Source: Dehalococcoidia bacterium (lineage in GTDB: Bacteria; Chloroflexota; Dehalococcoidia; Plut-88900). From it: a stretch of 64,000 bases of DNA. The stretch lies in assembly GCA_965197585.1 (NCBI GenBank), contig OZ240215.1, positions 1,152,001-1,216,000 of the forward strand, given 5' to 3'. The notes beneath the pieces were generated by a model. That model did not search any database, was not told the origin of the DNA, and worked only from the letters and a program-made list of their open reading frames with translations. The position numbers and the translations under genes are program-made. Positions 60,519-64,000 of this stretch are shown piece after piece (position 1 is the stretch's first letter; every line of letters begins with the position of its first letter).

Positions 60519-61163
60519 TCAACCCTCCCCTTCCCCCGGCTTCTTTATCTTGTAGTACATCCGGGGCTCCGTCCCATCGATGATGTTCTTGATTCTCGGC
60601 GCGTGTTTTATGAAGATGATCGCCGACAAGATCCCCACCGGTATCGCCGTGTCCGGGAAGACGAATACCCCGACCAACGCCGCCGCCACCGTCCCCAATA
60701 TTTGACCCGCGACCATCAGCCTCGTCAACGCGACGGTTACCAGGAACGTCGGAATCCACACTCCCGCCAACGCCGGCTCTATGAACAGAAGTACCGGGGC
60801 CGCCGTCGCTAACCCTTTGCCACCCTTCAGTTTCAGGAAGATCGAGTAGTTGTGCCCGACTATCGCCGTGATCCCTCCCACAGTCATCGCCAGCTCCGGT
60901 TCATAGCCGAACCCCACCGCCACCCCCCACCCCAGCAACAGTGCCAGCGCCCCTTTTCCCATGTCGCCCAGCAGCACCACCAGCGTCAACTTCTTCGAGT
61001 TCGTTGCCCTCAGCGTGTTCATCGTCCCGACGTTCCCCGTGCCCAGGGCCATCACGTCTCGCCCCGTGAACCGTTTTACCACTATGACTGCTGTCGGAAT
61101 CGAGCCTATCACGTAGGCCGCGATTGCGATGGGTATCAACGCTTGGATGGTGGCTTCGTCCAT
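60519..61163 (-). CDS. plsY: Glycerol-3-phosphate acyltransferase PlsY
   Basis: IGSIP, GTGNVGTMN, GHNYS, GGKGLAT, KHAPRI. Confidence 0.9.
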   Translation of the reverse strand: MDEATIQALIPIAIAAYVIGSIPTAVIVVKRFTGRDVMALGTGNVGTMNTLRATNSKKLTLVVLLGDMGKGALALLLGWGVAVGFGYEPELAMTVGGITAIVGHNYSIFLKLKGGKGLATAAPVLLFIEPALAGVWIPTFLVTVALTRLMVAGQILGTVAAALVGVFVFPDTAIPVGILSAIIFIKHAPRIKNIIDGTEPRMYYKIKKPGEGEG

Positions 61164-61306
61164 AGAACGCTCCTGTTCGAAGGGGTGCAAAATGCGCACA
61201 GGGGAGGTGGGTCATTCTAACATAGCAGCCCCGACTCCCCGCTCCCTGCCTAATTGTGGCCTCCAAACCGAGAGTGCTAACATGATGACTCGGAGGCACT
61301 TCTAAA

Positions 61307-62062
61307 ATGCGTAAAGCAAAACTCCATCCCGCTCTTTCTGTCATGGCCATAGCCGCTCTAACTTGCGTTCTTGTCGCCGCAGCATGCGGCGTGGGTGGGC
61401 AGGAGGTCGCCACCACCGCGCCCTCCCCCACCCCACCCCCCGACCCATCCGTCATCCTCCAGGCCGCCGCAGACCGCTTCCAAGCGCTCCAGTTTTTCAC
61501 CTTCACCATGACCCACGAAAACGGCGGTACACCCATCGCCTTTGGCCTTCTGATGGAAGACGTCACAGGCCAGGTTGTAGCGCCTGACCGGCTTGAGGCC
61601 GAGGTCGGTGCCTGGGCCGGTGGATTCTTCTTCGACGTCTCCCTCATCGCCATAGGTGAGGAAACCTGGCTCACCAACCCATTCACCGATGAATTCGAGA
61701 TCATAGAGAAGGGAATAGTCAGCTCAGCCCTGCTCGACCCCGCAACCGGCATCAGCGGCATCATACGAGACGCCAAGGACCCCATTCTGGAGGGTGAGGC
61801 CTCTCTCGAAGGTATCTCCACCTACCACATCACCTCGGTCATCGACTCCGGGCAGCTGACCTCCATCGCCCCCGGCGCTGAGCCCGGCCTCCCCATAGAT
61901 GTCGGTATCTGGGTCGGGATAGACGACTCCCTGGTCTACAAAATCCACATGTTCGGCCCCATGTCCTCCGACGAGGACCCCAACATCACCAGGACCATCC
62001 TCCCCTCAGACTTCGATATCCCCGCCGAAATCGAACCCCCTCCTCTCAGCTCTGATTCTTGA
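61307..62062 (+). CDS. LppX/LprAFG-like (LolA-fold) lipoprotein
   Basis: Signal peptide with AAAC lipobox; G.VVAPD, WLTNPFT, LLDPATGI; adjacent to an MFS gene. Confidence 0.7.
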   Translation: MRKAKLHPALSVMAIAALTCVLVAAACGVGGQEVATTAPSPTPPPDPSVILQAAADRFQALQFFTFTMTHENGGTPIAFGLLMEDVTGQVVAPDRLEAEVGAWAGGFFFDVSLIAIGEETWLTNPFTDEFEIIEKGIVSSALLDPATGISGIIRDAKDPILEGEASLEGISTYHITSVIDSGQLTSIAPGAEPGLPIDVGIWVGIDDSLVYKIHMFGPMSSDEDPNITRTILPSDFDIPAEIEPPPLSSDS

Positions 62063-62142
62063 CCAATTCCCCCCAATGAGGCTTTTAAGCAACTATGCCA
62101 GACAAGGCAAGGATAAAGGTCTGATATCCCCTCTCCCTTGAT

Positions 62143-62292
62143 GAAGCCCTTGCATAACCGTTATTCCCACTCCTCAGTCGGGCTCAATCCCGAGGGGTGG
62201 GGCATTCCGCTCGCCCTGAGCCGAGTCGAAGGGTCTCAAGAGCGGAATGGGTGGGGCGTCCCGCCCTCACACCAACACTTACGCAAAGCCGC
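62143..62292. mobile_element. MITE-like element containing a family E repeat
   Basis: Follows CCCCTCTCCCTTGAT; GAAGCCCTTGCATAAC ... ACTTACGCAAAGCCGC (degenerate ends). Confidence 0.45.
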
Positions 62293-62298
62293 ACCCCC

Positions 62299-63780
62299 AT
62301 GATCCGCACCCGCTCCCCTTACATCCCCATCCTCGCCGCCTGCTTCGGTGTATTCATCGCCGCCGACGACCAGGTAGTCGTCGTCACCATCTTACCCAGC
62401 ATCATGGGCGACTTCCGCCTGGGTGTCGACGACCTCAGCCAGGTCTCCTGGATCATCACCGGCTACCTCCTCGGCTACACCTGCGGCATGCCCCTTATCG
62501 GCAAGCTCTCCGACGTCTACGGCCACCGCACCGTCTACGTCTCAGCTATGCTCCTGTTCGCCGTCGGGTCCGTCCTCTGCGCCATCGCCAATGACCTCTG
62601 GCCCCTCGTCGCCTACCGGGTTATCCAGGCCGTCGGAGGAGGTGCGGTCATTCCCGTCACCATCGCCATGATCGGCCATCTCTTCCCTCCTGGTCGCCGA
62701 GCCCCCGCCCTCGGCCTACTCGGCGCCTCCGCGGAGTTCGGCGGCGTCATCGGGCCCATGTGGGGCGCTCTCCTGGACCACTTCCTCGACTGGAGATGGG
62801 TCTTCTGGATTAACGTCCCCCTCGTAGCCGCTTCCATCCTGCTCCTGCTCCTCCTGGTGCCCGGAGGAACGGGCCGGAAGACCCCCGTAGACTACCTGGG
62901 CGGCCTGTGGATCATGCTCAGCCTGGTCCTGTTTACCCTGTCCATATCCCGCTGGCCCGACTACCCACCCCTCGCCGCCGCCGGCATCGTCCTTTCCGTG
63001 GCCCTGGCCGCCGGTTTCATCTGGCGAGAAAGTCGGATTCCTTATCCCCTCATACCTCCGGCCCTGTTTCGCCGTGCCACGTTCTCCGGTGCGAACCTCA
63101 CCCATTTCCTGGTCGGGATCGGCCTCATCATCGCCATGGTCAACGTTCCCCTCATCACCGACACGGTAATGGGCAAAGAACCCCTGGAGGGCGGCCTCAG
63201 GCTGGTCCGGTTCACCGCTGCGATCCCCGTCGGCGGAATACTCGGTGGCCTTGCAGTATCGAAACTAGGTTACCGGCTCCCGACCGCCCTCGGCCTCACC
63301 CTTGCCGCCGTCTCTTTCTTCCTCATGATGGGCTGGGACACCTCCCTCACCGACCCCGCACTGACCATACACCTCGTCATCGGCGGTTTCGGATTTGGCC
63401 TCGTCATCGCGCCCATCGCCGCCGCTGCTGTCGACTCGTCCCCCTCTGCCCACCGAGGGTCGGCCTCTGGTCTCCTCACTGTCATGCGCCTTATGGGAAT
63501 GACCGTCGGCCTCGCAGCCATCGCCGCCTGGGGCACCGACCGATTCGACATCCTTGTCCGTGACATCGACCTCCCCTTCACCGACCCCGACTACATCTCC
63601 CGTGTCTCGGAGGCCGGCCTTTCCGTCTTCGAAGGTTTCTTCCTCGTCGCGTTCGTCGTGTCACTGGTAGCCTTGGTCCCGGCCTTCTTTATGAAACGCG
63701 TCCCTGCTGATGTAGAATTAGTTGAAAGTCCGCCAAGGCGGGAGGAGGTCGGGCCCGGACCCACGACACCTGCCCACTGA
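62299..63780 (+). CDS. MFS transporter, DHA2 (14-TM) type, P55/Rv1410c-like
   Basis: D..VVVTILPSIM, GYLLGY...MPLIGKLSDVYG, AEFGGVIGP.WG, WRWVFWINVP. Confidence 0.88.
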   Translation: MIRTRSPYIPILAACFGVFIAADDQVVVVTILPSIMGDFRLGVDDLSQVSWIITGYLLGYTCGMPLIGKLSDVYGHRTVYVSAMLLFAVGSVLCAIANDLWPLVAYRVIQAVGGGAVIPVTIAMIGHLFPPGRRAPALGLLGASAEFGGVIGPMWGALLDHFLDWRWVFWINVPLVAASILLLLLLVPGGTGRKTPVDYLGGLWIMLSLVLFTLSISRWPDYPPLAAAGIVLSVALAAGFIWRESRIPYPLIPPALFRRATFSGANLTHFLVGIGLIIAMVNVPLITDTVMGKEPLEGGLRLVRFTAAIPVGGILGGLAVSKLGYRLPTALGLTLAAVSFFLMMGWDTSLTDPALTIHLVIGGFGFGLVIAPIAAAAVDSSPSAHRGSASGLLTVMRLMGMTVGLAAIAAWGTDRFDILVRDIDLPFTDPDYISRVSEAGLSVFEGFFLVAFVVSLVALVPAFFMKRVPADVELVESPPRREEVGPGPTTPAH

Positions 63781-63790
63781 CCCCAGGAAG

Positions 63791-64000
63791 ATGCTCGATT
63801 TGCCAGAAAACAAACCCAACGGAGACACAACCCCCACCGATATCGCCGGCGACGCGCCTCCCGACCGGAGGGAAGCACTCTTTGCTCCGCCCCGGCGTGC
63901 CGTTGTCCCTCTTCCCGTATACAAACACAAACTGCTCAAGGGCATTTCTTCCAGGTTGCAGGCACATTTCGGCGCCTGGAGCGTAGAACGCTTTCTGGCG
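63791..64000 (+). CDS. Hypothetical protein, 5' part (runs off the window)
   Basis: ATG after CAGGAAG; frame open to the window end (MLDLPENK...); no family recognised. Confidence 0.45.
   Translation, partial: MLDLPENKPNGDTTPTDIAGDAPPDRREALFAPPRRAVVPLPVYKHKLLKGISSRLQAHFGAWSVERFLA

Overview
High-GC bacterial chromosome segment, most likely Chloroflexota/Dehalococcoidia (SAR202-like). This is inferred from gene content: several luciferase-like monooxygenases, SDRs, CaiB CoA-transferases, class IV aminotransferases, M24 hydrolases, dapL and apgM. It holds catabolic paralog clusters (1-25 kb), a his operon (hisG-orf-hisD-hisC-hisB), a pur/guaA block, a tsaC-pgk-apgM-tpiA-miaA-dapF-dapL-hflX block, an IS481 and an IS1182 element, and dense nested intergenic repeats. 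Main observations: (1) an LLM-family oxidoreductase gene (6474-7466, minus) with a single in-frame TGA followed 11 nt later by a perfect hairpin with a GUA loop, a candidate selenoprotein; a LysR regulator resembling the selenium-associated subfamily lies elsewhere in the window; (2) hflX has no in-frame ATG/GTG/TTG in its first 220 codons and appears to start at ATA behind an AGGAGGT SD; (3) a ~13 kb block (about 25.65-38.75 kb) where both GC skew and repeat orientation are flipped; (4) 21-nt micro-elements and MITE-like units inserted at fixed sites inside REP-like hairpins; (5) a motif-less SDR paired with an intact SDR, a Zn-PLC-like gene inside the his operon, and an LprG/P55-like pair beside plsY. 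purD has a 1-nt frameshift, so assembly errors cannot be excluded. No tRNA, rRNA or CRISPR array was recognised. All family calls are from motif recognition by eye, not database searches.
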